A DNA stretch of 64,000 bases. Origin: Candidatus Cloacimonadales bacterium. Lineage in GTDB: Bacteria > Cloacimonadota > Cloacimonadia > Cloacimonadales > JAFGVF01. The position numbers were made by a program, and so were the translations under genes. The notes below the pieces were generated by a model. The model had not been told where the DNA came from. It ran no database searches and saw nothing but the letters and a program-made list of their open reading frames with translations. Positions 30,873 through 40,419 of the stretch are shown piece by piece; within the stretch, counting starts at the first letter, position 1; every line of letters starts with the position of its first letter. The stretch spans positions 1,152,001 through 1,216,000 of the forward strand of contig CAXXOU010000004.1 of assembly GCA_963677495.2 (NCBI GenBank). The letters are read 5' to 3'.

Positions 30873-31955
30873 TTATTGGTAGAATCTATATTTGCCCTTT
30901 ATTTTGCCATTCATCTCAAAGAATTCAACTTCATCATCCTCTTTGAAAAAGATGTTAAGCTCTCTGCCATCAGACTGAATTTGCATAGGGTCATTACGTT
31001 TAGTTTTGTCCTCTTTTTGATCATAGAAATATGAAACGTTCTCATAAGCTTTAAAATGATTTATATTGTCATCAACAAAGTATATATCCATTAAGTCAGA
31101 TTTTACCCAGTTACTTTGAGGTTCCCCTTCTGAAGTCGCATAGTCAATATTGCATTGATTTCTCAATATTCCCTTCTTGAGCTTATTATCTTGAAAAAAT
31201 AAAGTAAACTCCTCAGCTCTTCCCTTTGCGAAATCAGAGATAAACACCGGATCACCTGTAAAAAGTGCTCGTTCCTCTTCGCTAAAAAAGATGAGGAAAC
31301 TAGACAATGCTGTAAATGCTTTTTGGCGTACTATAACATCAAATGATGCGATGTATTTTTGATAGTTATGAAAGAATTCTACTTTCTTGGATTCGATTGT
31401 TAACGAATCCTTTTTAACAAGCTTTAAAATCGGATTCTCTCTTAAGAAACCATATCCGGTACTGTGATTGTATTCTGCGTATCCACAGGTAGCTGACACA
31501 CTATCTACATAACTAAACATTCTTACATCACCCTTTACTTTCAAATAATTGCTGTTTCTATTAAAACTACCGGTCTCTGAATAAAACTCTCTGGAAAGCA
31601 CATCATCGGCATACTCTCGGATCTCTATGTCACCTGCCATATAAAGCATGTTTTTGCTGTTATCGAAGGCTATACTATCAGCAACAACATTCATAGTATC
31701 GTCTTTTGCATGAACATTACCAAGCATATATGCAAACTCACGCCCTTCATAAATCATTGCACTATCACAATTGTATTCTACATCACTATAAAAGAAATGT
31801 ACGTTTCCTTCCAGTTTACTAATATATCCCTCATCACCATTGATAATTGTCACATTATCTGAATGTTCTATCTTATAGGGTTTTCTACTCTTAGGCATCT
31901 CTGCAAAACAGAAAACTGTGATTAATATAAAACTAAAGATCAAGATTTTCTTCAT
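30873..31955 (-). CDS. LptA/OstA-like LPS transport periplasmic protein
   Basis: Signal peptide MKKILIFSFILITVFCFA; repeated GNVH/GDV/CDSA beta-jellyroll motifs; lies between lptC and lptB. Confidence 0.8.
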   Translation of the reverse strand: MKKILIFSFILITVFCFAEMPKSRKPYKIEHSDNVTIINGDEGYISKLEGNVHFFYSDVEYNCDSAMIYEGREFAYMLGNVHAKDDTMNVVADSIAFDNSKNMLYMAGDIEIREYADDVLSREFYSETGSFNRNSNYLKVKGDVRMFSYVDSVSATCGYAEYNHSTGYGFLRENPILKLVKKDSLTIESKKVEFFHNYQKYIASFDVIVRQKAFTALSSFLIFFSEEERALFTGDPVFISDFAKGRAEEFTLFFQDNKLKKGILRNQCNIDYATSEGEPQSNWVKSDLMDIYFVDDNINHFKAYENVSYFYDQKEDKTKRNDPMQIQSDGRELNIFFKEDDEVEFFEMNGKIKGKYRFYQ

Positions 31956-32490
31956 CAACTGTTCCTTTAGCTTTAACATTATCCATTTTAGTAACTCTGA
32001 ATGTTGAGTCAGTTCGTAGGTTGTAACCTATAACTTCATTATCATCTCTTATCATTATTACACGATTAGGGGCAAGTACTTTATCAGTTGCTTTGTCCCA
32101 TTCAATATAATCTGTTTTGACTATTCCATTGGCTGTTTCAAGGTATACATGGCCGAAAGCTTTTATGTGATCAGCGTTATCTTCTACATATGCTGAATCG
32201 CACTCAATATATGAATAGTGTTTACCATCTTTATCATAAGAATCAAGTTTAGCATCATATGCGATTGTCAACTTTTCATCATAGTAGTTTCTAATCATAG
32301 ATGCTCTTAATTTATAATCTGACTTATCACCCTTTAGGTTGTATACCTCAATCCCTTCAATATACTCCTCAGGAGCGTTGGGATCGATAGTAAACCTTTC
32401 ACTACCATCATCAAGATTGTAACAACCAGCAAGAACAATTATACTAGCGATTAATAAGATGTTCCACAAAGTCTTGTATTGTCTCTTCAT
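31933..32490 (-). CDS. lptC: LPS export protein LptC
   Basis: N-terminal anchor with lipobox-like LAGC, CDSA, KTDYIEWD, GYNLRTD; lies between kdsC and the lptA-like gene. Confidence 0.8.
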   Translation of the reverse strand: MKRQYKTLWNILLIASIIVLAGCYNLDDGSERFTIDPNAPEEYIEGIEVYNLKGDKSDYKLRASMIRNYYDEKLTIAYDAKLDSYDKDGKHYSYIECDSAYVEDNADHIKAFGHVYLETANGIVKTDYIEWDKATDKVLAPNRVIMIRDDNEVIGYNLRTDSTFRVTKMDNVKAKGTVDEENLDL

Positions 32491-32977
32491 GTTTTCCCTG
32501 TTTATGTAGAATATAATCTATTAACTCTCTTAAAGCACCTTTACCACCGGCTTTGGTTGTAACATAGTTCACTCGTTTGGATATACCTTCTGCACAATCA
32601 ATAGGGGCTGCAGAGAATTTAACAGCTTTGAGTAGGGGTAGGTCGTTATAATCATCACCGATATAAGCTGCATTTGAGAAGTCTAAGCCAAGTTCATTAA
32701 GAAGCTTCTCGGCCACTTTGTATTTATTGCTGACTTTCTGGTACAGGTGTTCAATATGTAAGTCATTTGCCCTACGTTGCAGAGCATGAGATTCTCTACC
32801 GGTAATAACAGCAGTCAAACCACCTGATTTCTGCCATAAGAACACACCTAGACCATCCCTAGCTGAGAAAGTCTTAATCTCTGTATTTGTATTATCATAA
32901 ATAATAGAATTATCGGTTAAGACTCCATCACAATCTGTAATAATTATCTTTATGTCATCCCAATCAAATTTCTTCAT
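32444..32977 (-). CDS. kdsC: KDO 8-phosphate phosphatase
   Basis: TDCDGVLTD, FSARDGLG, ITGRES, YIGDDYND, GGKGALRE. Confidence 0.93.
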   Translation of the reverse strand: MKKFDWDDIKIIITDCDGVLTDNSIIYDNTNTEIKTFSARDGLGVFLWQKSGGLTAVITGRESHALQRRANDLHIEHLYQKVSNKYKVAEKLLNELGLDFSNAAYIGDDYNDLPLLKAVKFSAAPIDCAEGISKRVNYVTTKAGGKGALRELIDYILHKQGKHEETIQDFVEHLINR

Positions 32978-33768
32978 TATAATACCTCAAGGCTTCGATC
33001 TAATAGTCTTTCAAATTTATCTAAAGAAAGCATAGTCGCTGCATCACTTTTAGCTTCTGCAGGGTTTGGGTGGGTTTCCACAAACAAACCTTTCACCATT
33101 CCGGTTGCAATCGCAGCTCTTGCCATCATTTCAATATACTGTGGAGTTCCACCGGTTGTTGTTCCTGAAGAAGGTTGTTGCATACTATGAGTTACATCAT
33201 AAACAACAGGATACCCTAGCTCTTGCATTATCGCAAAGCTTCTAAAATCCACTATAAGGTTATGATAACCAAAAGAAACTCCACGCTCTGTGAGCATTAT
33301 CTTTTCATTTGAAAAAGCTAAGCATTTATCTACTGCTGATTTCATATCTTCCGGTGCCATGAACTGGCCTTTTTTAATATTAACTATCTTTCCTGTTGCA
33401 GCTGCAGCTCTGATAAGAAAAGTCTGTCTTGATAAGAAAGCAGGTATTTGAATAATATCAGCAACTTCTCCCACGGGTGCAGCTTCAGCAGCTTCATGTA
33501 TATCAGTAACAATAGGTACTCCAAACTCGTCTTTAACTTTCTGAAGTATTGCTAATCCTTTCTCTAGTCCAGGGCCGGAGAAGGAGCTTAATGATGTTCT
33601 GTTTGCTTTCATGAACGATGACTTAAAGATAAACTCAATATCTCTTTTAGAAGTATATTCTTTAAGTTTCTCAGCTATTTTAAGTGTTGTGAGTTCATCC
33701 TCTATTACGCATGGTCCTGCCATGACAAAGAACTTGTCACTCTTTATTAATCTTTTATATAGTTCCAT
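32977..33768 (-). CDS. kdsA: KDO 8-phosphate synthase
   Basis: AGPCVIE, KANRTS, QIPAFLSRQT, KKGQF, ERGVSFGY, DVTHS, ETHPNP. Start moved to ATG 33768. Confidence 0.95.
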   Translation of the reverse strand: MELYKRLIKSDKFFVMAGPCVIEDELTTLKIAEKLKEYTSKRDIEFIFKSSFMKANRTSLSSFSGPGLEKGLAILQKVKDEFGVPIVTDIHEAAEAAPVGEVADIIQIPAFLSRQTFLIRAAAATGKIVNIKKGQFMAPEDMKSAVDKCLAFSNEKIMLTERGVSFGYHNLIVDFRSFAIMQELGYPVVYDVTHSMQQPSSGTTTGGTPQYIEMMARAAIATGMVKGLFVETHPNPAEAKSDAATMLSLDKFERLLDRSLEVL

Positions 33769-33844
33769 ATTCGTCCTATGCTTTTTTTTTACCAATTTCA
33801 TGCTTTAACCAGATGTCAAGCGAAATAGTCAGCCTTGTCATGAA

Positions 33845-34322
33845 ACAAAAACCTTCGGAATGGTCCCTAGACCTTCCGAATGGTTGTACTTCGAAGAAGC
33901 CTAAGACATTTAAACTATCAACCAAGGGGGGATCAATTCACATTACAAGAGTACCATTGAGAAGGTCTATCGACCATTATCAAGGTAGATTAATTGCAAC
34001 TGATTCTCACATACAAAAACCTTCGGAATGGTCCCTAGACCTTCCGAATGGTTGTACTTCGAAGAAACCTAATACATTTCAACTATCAACCAAGGGTGGA
34101 TCGATTCACATTACAAGAGTACTATTGAGAAGGTCTATCGACCATTATCAAGGTAGATTAATTGCAACTGATTCTCACATACAAAAACCTTCGGAATGGT
34201 CCCTAGACCTTCCGAATGGTTGTACGTCGAAGAAGCCTAAGACATTTAAACTATCAACCAAGGGGGGATCAATTCACATTACAAGAGCACCATTGAGAAG
34301 GTCTATCGACCATTATCAAGGT
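33845..34322. repeat. Three tandem 168-bp units, each a 136-bp element with 34-bp imperfect inverted ends
   Basis: Units start at 33851, 34019, 34187. Ends ACCTTCGGAATGGTCCCTAGACCTTCCGAATGGT and ACCATTGAGAAGGTCTATCGACCATTATCAAGGT. Confidence 0.95.
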
Positions 34323-34412
34323 GGTATTATTGCCTCTCTATCGTAGGGATCAACGGGTTAAGTCTAACAAAATCCCCACAAAGGTATTGCAAAAATAAAA
34401 CTCATTCTGACG

Positions 34413-34440
34413 AAAAAAAGGTAGCACTATGGCTACCCTT
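34413..34440 (-). terminator. Intrinsic terminator of glyA
   Basis: GGTAGC..GCTACC stem followed by T7 on the minus strand. Confidence 0.7.
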
Positions 34441-34461
34441 TAAGATCTGTAGAACAATTGA

Positions 34462-35775
34462 CTAAACGATATCGTTCTCTTTGAGCAACTCGCTATAAAG
34501 TGGGAATTTAGCAGTAAACTGTCTAACTTCCTCTTTAATCTCAGCAAGCTTCTCTTTATTATCATAGTTATCGAAAACTGCTTTGATAAAGGCAGCAATC
34601 TTAACCATCTCTGCTTCTTTCATACCACGTGTTGTTACTGCAGGTGTACCGATTCTGATACCTGAAGCAACGAAAGGTGAGCGTGTGTCATAAGGTACTG
34701 TATTCTTGTTAGCTGTAATACCTGCTTTATCAAGTGCACCTTCCATCTTCTTACCTGAAGGACCACCATCAGCTTCAGGACCGAAGTCGATAAGCATAAG
34801 ATGATTGTCTGTACCTTCAGAAACGAGTCTGAAACCTTGTTTTGCAAGTTCTTCTGCAAGAACTTTAGCATTAGCTACAACCTGCTTCTGATAAGTTTTG
34901 AAGTCATCAGAAAGAGCTTCTTTGAAAGCTACGGCTTTAGCTGCGATTACATGCTCAAGTGGTCCACCTTGCAAACCTGGGAATACATTTGCATCAACAG
35001 CAGCTGCATGTTCCTCTTTACAGAGAATAAGACCGGCTCTTGGACCACGAAGGGTTTTATGTGTTGTAGTTGTTACGATATCAGCGTAAGGAACAGGATT
35101 AGCATGTTCACCTGCAGCAACAAGACCTGCAATATGAGCCATATCTACCATGAAGTATGCACCAACTTCATCAGCGATTTCACGGAACTTAGCGAAATCA
35201 ATACTTCTTGGATATGCGCTTGCACCTGTAAGAATAAGCTTAGGTTTGCACTCTAATGCTTTCTGTCTGATTAACTCATAATCAAACTGTTCTGTATCTT
35301 TATTAACACCGTAAGGTACGATGTTATAAAGCATACCTGAGAAACTAAGTGGATGACCGTGAGTCAAATGACCACCATGTGAAAGTTCAAGAGCAAGAAC
35401 TGTGTCACCAGGTTTGATAAGTGCGAAATAAGCACCCATATTAGCTTGTGAACCTGAATGTGGTTGAACATTAGCATGATCAGCACCGAAAAGCTCTTTA
35501 GCTCTTTCAATAGCAAGTTTTTCTACTTCATCTACATACTCACAACCACCATAATAGCGTCCGTAAAGTTTGTAATTTCTTAGACCTGTTTTCTTACTTA
35601 CTCTGTAAGGATAACCCTCTGCATATTTGTTAGTTAAAACAGAACCTTGTGCTTCAAGAACAGCCTCTGAAGTAAAGTTTTCTGAAGCGATAAGCTCCAA
35701 GTTTTCTGTTTGTCTGCGTAACTCTTCACGCATAACGTTGTAAAGCTCTGGATCGAACTGTTTAATGTGACGCAT
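34462..35775 (-). CDS. glyA: Serine hydroxymethyltransferase
   Basis: [52 protein letters not shown]. Start moved to ATG 35775. Confidence 0.97.
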   Translation of the reverse strand: MRHIKQFDPELYNVMREELRRQTENLELIASENFTSEAVLEAQGSVLTNKYAEGYPYRVSKKTGLRNYKLYGRYYGGCEYVDEVEKLAIERAKELFGADHANVQPHSGSQANMGAYFALIKPGDTVLALELSHGGHLTHGHPLSFSGMLYNIVPYGVNKDTEQFDYELIRQKALECKPKLILTGASAYPRSIDFAKFREIADEVGAYFMVDMAHIAGLVAAGEHANPVPYADIVTTTTHKTLRGPRAGLILCKEEHAAAVDANVFPGLQGGPLEHVIAAKAVAFKEALSDDFKTYQKQVVANAKVLAEELAKQGFRLVSEGTDNHLMLIDFGPEADGGPSGKKMEGALDKAGITANKNTVPYDTRSPFVASGIRIGTPAVTTRGMKEAEMVKIAAFIKAVFDNYDNKEKLAEIKEEVRQFTAKFPLYSELLKENDIV

Positions 35776-36211
35776 GATTACTCTCCTCATATTTACTTAT
35801 TTTGTTTAGTCTTCTCACGTGCCTGTCCCCTTCAAAAGGAGTGGAAAGCCAGGTTTTAATAATGTTTTCGGCCTGATCTTTAGTAAGGAATCTTCCTCCT
35901 AAAGCAAGTATATTAGCATTATTATGTTCTCTCGATAGTCTGGCATATTCCGGACAGTGGCAAAGTGCACATCGAATGCCCTTAACCTTGTTTGCAGCGA
36001 TGCTGATTCCGATACCTGTTCCGCAAACAATGATCCCCATGTCTGCTTTACCGGATGCTACAGCTTCACCTGCTTTAATTCCGTAGTCACTATAATCTAC
36101 CGAAACTTCTGATTCGGTTCCCAGGTCAAGTATTTTATGTTCATCCAATAAGGTTTTTATATACTCTTTGAGTTCAAACCCACCATGATCTGATGCTAAA
36201 GCAATAATCAT
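35762..36211 (-). CDS. rpiB: Ribose-5-phosphate isomerase B
   Basis: [33 protein letters not shown]. Confidence 0.95.
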   Translation of the reverse strand: MIIALASDHGGFELKEYIKTLLDEHKILDLGTESEVSVDYSDYGIKAGEAVASGKADMGIIVCGTGIGISIAANKVKGIRCALCHCPEYARLSREHNNANILALGGRFLTKDQAENIIKTWLSTPFEGDRHVRRLNKISKYEESNHASH

Positions 36212-36213
36212 AA

Positions 36214-36447
36214 CTATTTATCTTCCTTCTCACCTTTTTTCTCTTTATATTTAGATACTTCAACTTTGGGTCTTAGAATTGCCATGAATAAACCATACAA
36301 TATTGAAATTATGATAATCTGAATTGCAGATCTCAAAACACTGCCGGTTCGAAAGTATGGAAAGATTATAATCAGTGCAGTATAGATAACAGCAAAGATA
36401 GATGCAAATCTAATGAACCTTTTTAAGAATGTATCTTTCTTAGGCAC
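36214..36447 (-). CDS. Small two-TM membrane protein, unknown function
   Basis: Two hydrophobic segments; fills the gap exactly between ptb and rpiB. Confidence 0.65.
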   Translation of the reverse strand: MPKKDTFLKRFIRFASIFAVIYTALIIIFPYFRTGSVLRSAIQIIIISILYGLFMAILRPKVEVSKYKEKKGEKEDK

Positions 36448-37365
36448 TTATTCGTCCTCTGCCATTAAGCATGAAAGTGCTATGCAGTAGAACTTCGAGG
36501 CAGGACTTTCACTTCTGGACATAACAACAACAGGTTTGATCGTTCCTTGAATCAACCCGGCAAGTTCTCCCCCACCAAAAAGCATTACACCTTTGTAGAA
36601 GATGTTTGAAGCTTCTATAGATGGAAAGATAAGCACATCAGCTTCACCATTAACCGGTGTAGGTACACCTTTAATCTTAACGCTTTCAGGGTCGCAAGCA
36701 AGGAACATATCAATAGGTCCATCTATTGTGCAAGCAGGTAACTGCTTTCTATTAACCATCTGGCACATAACAGAATAATCTGTATGACTTGGGAAATGTT
36801 GACTTGCCTTTTCAGCAGCACTTAGTAATGCGACTTTTGGCATTTCGATTCCAAACTTCTTAGCCATAGATACAGAATACTTAAGCATAGCAATCTTTTG
36901 ATTAAGGTCAGGGAATGGAATCACAGCAGTGTCAGTTAAGAAAAGAAGCTTATCATATTTGGGAACTTCAACAGCACATACATAACTCATGACTGCCTTT
37001 GGTGGTAATAAACCCTCTTTCTTGTTCAAAACAGCTTTAAGGAACTTGTCTGTTCCGATTAGACCTTTCATTAATACATCAGCTTCACCATCACGAACCA
37101 TACGAACAGCCTCAGAAGCACACTGTACTTCATCTTGAATATCAATAATTGTGAACTGATTCGGATTTAATCCTTCAGCTTCGCAAACAGCTTTAATCTT
37201 ATCTGCTTTCCCCATCATGATAGCTTCTGCAAAGCCTTCATTAACAGCTTTAGCGATAGCTCCAACAGTGTTTGGGTCTTCTGCTGAAACAACAGCAATT
37301 CTCTTCTTCAAACCAAGACCTTTTACATGCTCAACCATTTCATTGAGAGTTTTAATTGCTTTCAT
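36448..37365 (-). CDS. ptb: Phosphate butyryltransferase / phosphate acyltransferase (PTA/PTB family)
   Basis: GEADVLMKG, LFLTDTA..P, PKVALLSAAE, IDGP, GEADVLIFP..EASN..YK, PVVVMSRS. Confidence 0.85.
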   Translation of the reverse strand: MKAIKTLNEMVEHVKGLGLKKRIAVVSAEDPNTVGAIAKAVNEGFAEAIMMGKADKIKAVCEAEGLNPNQFTIIDIQDEVQCASEAVRMVRDGEADVLMKGLIGTDKFLKAVLNKKEGLLPPKAVMSYVCAVEVPKYDKLLFLTDTAVIPFPDLNQKIAMLKYSVSMAKKFGIEMPKVALLSAAEKASQHFPSHTDYSVMCQMVNRKQLPACTIDGPIDMFLACDPESVKIKGVPTPVNGEADVLIFPSIEASNIFYKGVMLFGGGELAGLIQGTIKPVVVMSRSESPASKFYCIALSCLMAEDE

Positions 37366-37472
37366 TCTTTATCCTTTACCATAAATTCATTTTCAAATAC
37401 ATTCCCGTATAACTCAGCAAAACTGTTACTATGGTCAAGTAAAATCGTATATTCTTTGGTTTATTTGAACTA

Positions 37473-37807
37473 CATCAACTGTGTAGATGCATCTTGTTAC
37501 GAATCGAAAACCTTCGGAATGGTCCTTAGACCTTGCGAGTTGTAATTATGGAGTGCATCAACTATGTAGATGCATCTTGTCACAAACTAAAACCTTCGCA
37601 ATGGTCGTAGACCTTGCTAATGGTTGTAAATCGAAGTAATTATCGAAATTATTTCTTCGTCCAAGGGTGGATCGATTTACATTACAAGAGCACCATTGAG
37701 AAGGTCTAAGGACCATTCTCAAGGTAATTTACGTGCCACATTTCGCTATTGCTCCAACTCCTTGTGGTCGCTATGAGCCCAGCTATAGGCTTTAGGCTAT
37801 TAGCTAT
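37473..37807. repeat. Intergenic mosaic with partial (37510-37535) and full (37592-37725) copies of the 136-bp element plus modules shared with 2790-2880 and 10382-10470
   Basis: Duplicated CATCAACTNTGTAGATGCATCTTGT(T/C)AC at 37473 and 37556; 37740-37774 resembles the reverse complement of 2793-2828; GCTAT heptamers at 37782-37807. Confidence 0.85.
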
Positions 37808-40419
37808 TTCACCACCGTTATCTGACCTTTACCAATCCTCTCACCATTCTGTTCAAGATTGTAGAGATACACACCGGATGGGACATGCACACCTCGATTA
37901 TCAGTAAGATACCAGAAGATAGTGTTGCGTCCTTTGCGTTGACTCTTAACCTTAATGGATTTTACCATTTGTCCTTTGATATTGTACACCTTCAACTCGG
38001 CATTTCCTACATCTTTCACATTGTATTTTATTACAACATTACCGGTGCTGATTCGTACCGGATTAGGGTAACAAGCTAAAAGCTCATTAGCTTCAGGTGT
38101 ATCATTAGTTTCCTCTATTATTGGTGTAGTTGGCTGTATACAATCATACTTAATTTCAATAGCTTCTCCATCGTTAATATACATGCCAACGCTATGTCCG
38201 TTGAAATCAGGATATGACCAAACAGGATTCATCTCATAGCTATCTATCACACCATCAAGGTCTAAGTCCCAGGCTATTGTATCAATAGGAAAGTTATACT
38301 GTGGAGTAAACACAACATCAATTGGGAACACATTCCCCATTGCCTGCATTGTGAAATCAGCGACATTACCTTGCCATTCATAGCAACCCATATCTATGCT
38401 ATCTCCATGTACACGTGGATTACCTGCTAAATCTGTCTCAGGTAGTTCGAATCCATCAGGTAAATTGAGAGTACCTGCATCTATACAAGGAGAATCAGCA
38501 TCCAACATAAACCTATTCTTTCCATATCCGGTGAAATGAGGTATTGTATCTATGTTAGTATCTTCGTAGTTGAAAGTAAGATTAGGCCAATCAGGATAAT
38601 GGGTAGTTTCCTCTCCACCGGGTATCAAATTGTGTCCAACATTTATCTCTGCTGCATAAGGACCACCTGTCTCGAATACATAAATAGAATTATTTTGATC
38701 TGTAATATAATTATCTATCATAATATTGTTCTTGATGTTCGTCACACTTGGATTTGTTTGAGAACCTGAATATGAAACTATTATCATCCCATCCATTTGA
38801 TGTGAGGGATGATTTCCATAGAATGTATTATTAATAATATTTGTATTAAGAGGTCCGGCTAAAATCACATACCATCGAGTATAATCATAAGCAAAAGGAA
38901 TGGACTCTGCTGAGTCGAATAAGCAATTGGATATATTCACATCACTTGGAACTGCACTGTCTATATATATCTGCTCTCTTTGATTAAAGAACTTTGTATT
39001 TGTTATCTCAACAGAACCTGAACTCCAGAAGCTAATATTTCCATTAATGATAGACTGTTGAGTTGTAACAATTTCAGTCTCTTTACTGCCAAACTGACAG
39101 TTGTTTATTTTCCCATTGCTAACTAAAAAATCCAAAGTTCTATTCAACCACATAGGGTTATGATAATTGGTCTGATAAAATTTAACATTTTCAAGATGTA
39201 TGAGTGAGGCTTCATAATCAGGAGCAAGTGGATAGTCAGGTTCGAAATAGATTGCATACTCATAATGCCAGTTATCTTCTGGACTATCTTCTTCAGTAAT
39301 CTGATTATTGATTAATGATAGATTCTCAAGCTTGATATGACTCTGTCCTGATCTGTTTATGATATGATTTCTTATTCCTTCACAATTTAGGATTGTTGTG
39401 CCAGCAGAGTCACCTAAAATAGTTGTATAGTCTCTAACATAGAAAGGAAAATAATTGTCATTTCCGGAGAAAGAGTATTCACCTGGCAGAAGATGAACTG
39501 TAAGTCTATTTTCTACAGTTGGAGCTATAATTGAGCACGCCCACCATATCGACCTAAGAGGTGTTGCAGATGTAAGCCCATCATTGTTGTCATCTCCCCA
39601 GGGAGAGACAAAAAGGTCTGATTCAATTCTTGGCAATGTTGTAGTATTCGCTTGAAATGTTAAATCATAATTTGCACTATGATCTGTATGAACTGCTACA
39701 TTATAGAACCGATCATTTGAATCAATACTCAATGTATCAGCTATAATCGGTGTAATATTTTCATCATACAAAATCAGTAAATCTGATCCCCAAAAACTCT
39801 GATTATTGTAGATACTGTTTAAATTAGTATCATTAAAAATGGTTGGAAAATTTTCTGTTTCATCACTACTGAATAACATGCATCCACCGCCACCTTCAGT
39901 GGCAATGTTGTTCCTGATAGAGTTACCTGACAATGTGACATCACACTCCACTGTAGCTAAACCTCCACCATGAATGCTAATATTATTATAAAAACTACAA
40001 TTTGAGATATGTATTTCTGTTCTAGTAATAGTTACAACACTCAACCACCAAGAGTTGTCAACAATTATAGCATTTCCATTTCTAAATGAAATTCCAATAA
40101 TATTAGATACACCTTCAAATGTGTCGTTCATGACTCTGAGTAATCTATGCTGATTTTCACCATCAAAGATAGTGTTTCCAATATGGCTCTCATCTCCATC
40201 CAAGTGATATAAACTTGCTATTGTTAGTGATTTATTTAGAACATCTACCTCTTCATAATAGATACCATCATGAATAATGATTGTGTCATTATCAAATGCC
40301 ATATTAACAGCATTCTGGATAGTTGTAAAGTCTCCTGTGCCATCCTGATTAACGTGCCAAGTCCAAGAAAGCAGAAGTATTGGAATATGTAAAATTAGAA
40401 TCAGTAGTACCTTTTTCAT
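37804..40419 (-). CDS. Secreted beta-helix/PKD protein with FlgD-type (T9SS-like) C-terminal domain
   Basis: Signal peptide; DGTGDFTTIQNAV; LFVSPWGDDNNDG..PLRSI; SPCIDAG..DLAGNPR..IDMGCYE; WDLDLDG PKD; YPNP..YNIKGQ..SGVYLY. Confidence 0.85.
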   Translation of the reverse strand: MKKVLLILILHIPILLLSWTWHVNQDGTGDFTTIQNAVNMAFDNDTIIIHDGIYYEEVDVLNKSLTIASLYHLDGDESHIGNTIFDGENQHRLLRVMNDTFEGVSNIIGISFRNGNAIIVDNSWWLSVVTITRTEIHISNCSFYNNISIHGGGLATVECDVTLSGNSIRNNIATEGGGGCMLFSSDETENFPTIFNDTNLNSIYNNQSFWGSDLLILYDENITPIIADTLSIDSNDRFYNVAVHTDHSANYDLTFQANTTTLPRIESDLFVSPWGDDNNDGLTSATPLRSIWWACSIIAPTVENRLTVHLLPGEYSFSGNDNYFPFYVRDYTTILGDSAGTTILNCEGIRNHIINRSGQSHIKLENLSLINNQITEEDSPEDNWHYEYAIYFEPDYPLAPDYEASLIHLENVKFYQTNYHNPMWLNRTLDFLVSNGKINNCQFGSKETEIVTTQQSIINGNISFWSSGSVEITNTKFFNQREQIYIDSAVPSDVNISNCLFDSAESIPFAYDYTRWYVILAGPLNTNIINNTFYGNHPSHQMDGMIIVSYSGSQTNPSVTNIKNNIMIDNYITDQNNSIYVFETGGPYAAEINVGHNLIPGGEETTHYPDWPNLTFNYEDTNIDTIPHFTGYGKNRFMLDADSPCIDAGTLNLPDGFELPETDLAGNPRVHGDSIDMGCYEWQGNVADFTMQAMGNVFPIDVVFTPQYNFPIDTIAWDLDLDGVIDSYEMNPVWSYPDFNGHSVGMYINDGEAIEIKYDCIQPTTPIIEETNDTPEANELLACYPNPVRISTGNVVIKYNVKDVGNAELKVYNIKGQMVKSIKVKSQRKGRNTIFWYLTDNRGVHVPSGVYLYNLEQNGERIGKGQITVVK

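Noticed and set aside
33813..34346. 177-aa ORF with three 56-aa repeats, or a CRISPR array
   Set aside because: The ORF follows from the 168-bp unit being a multiple of 3 and is not preserved in dispersed copies. Units are near-identical throughout with no unique spacers, and there are no cas genes.
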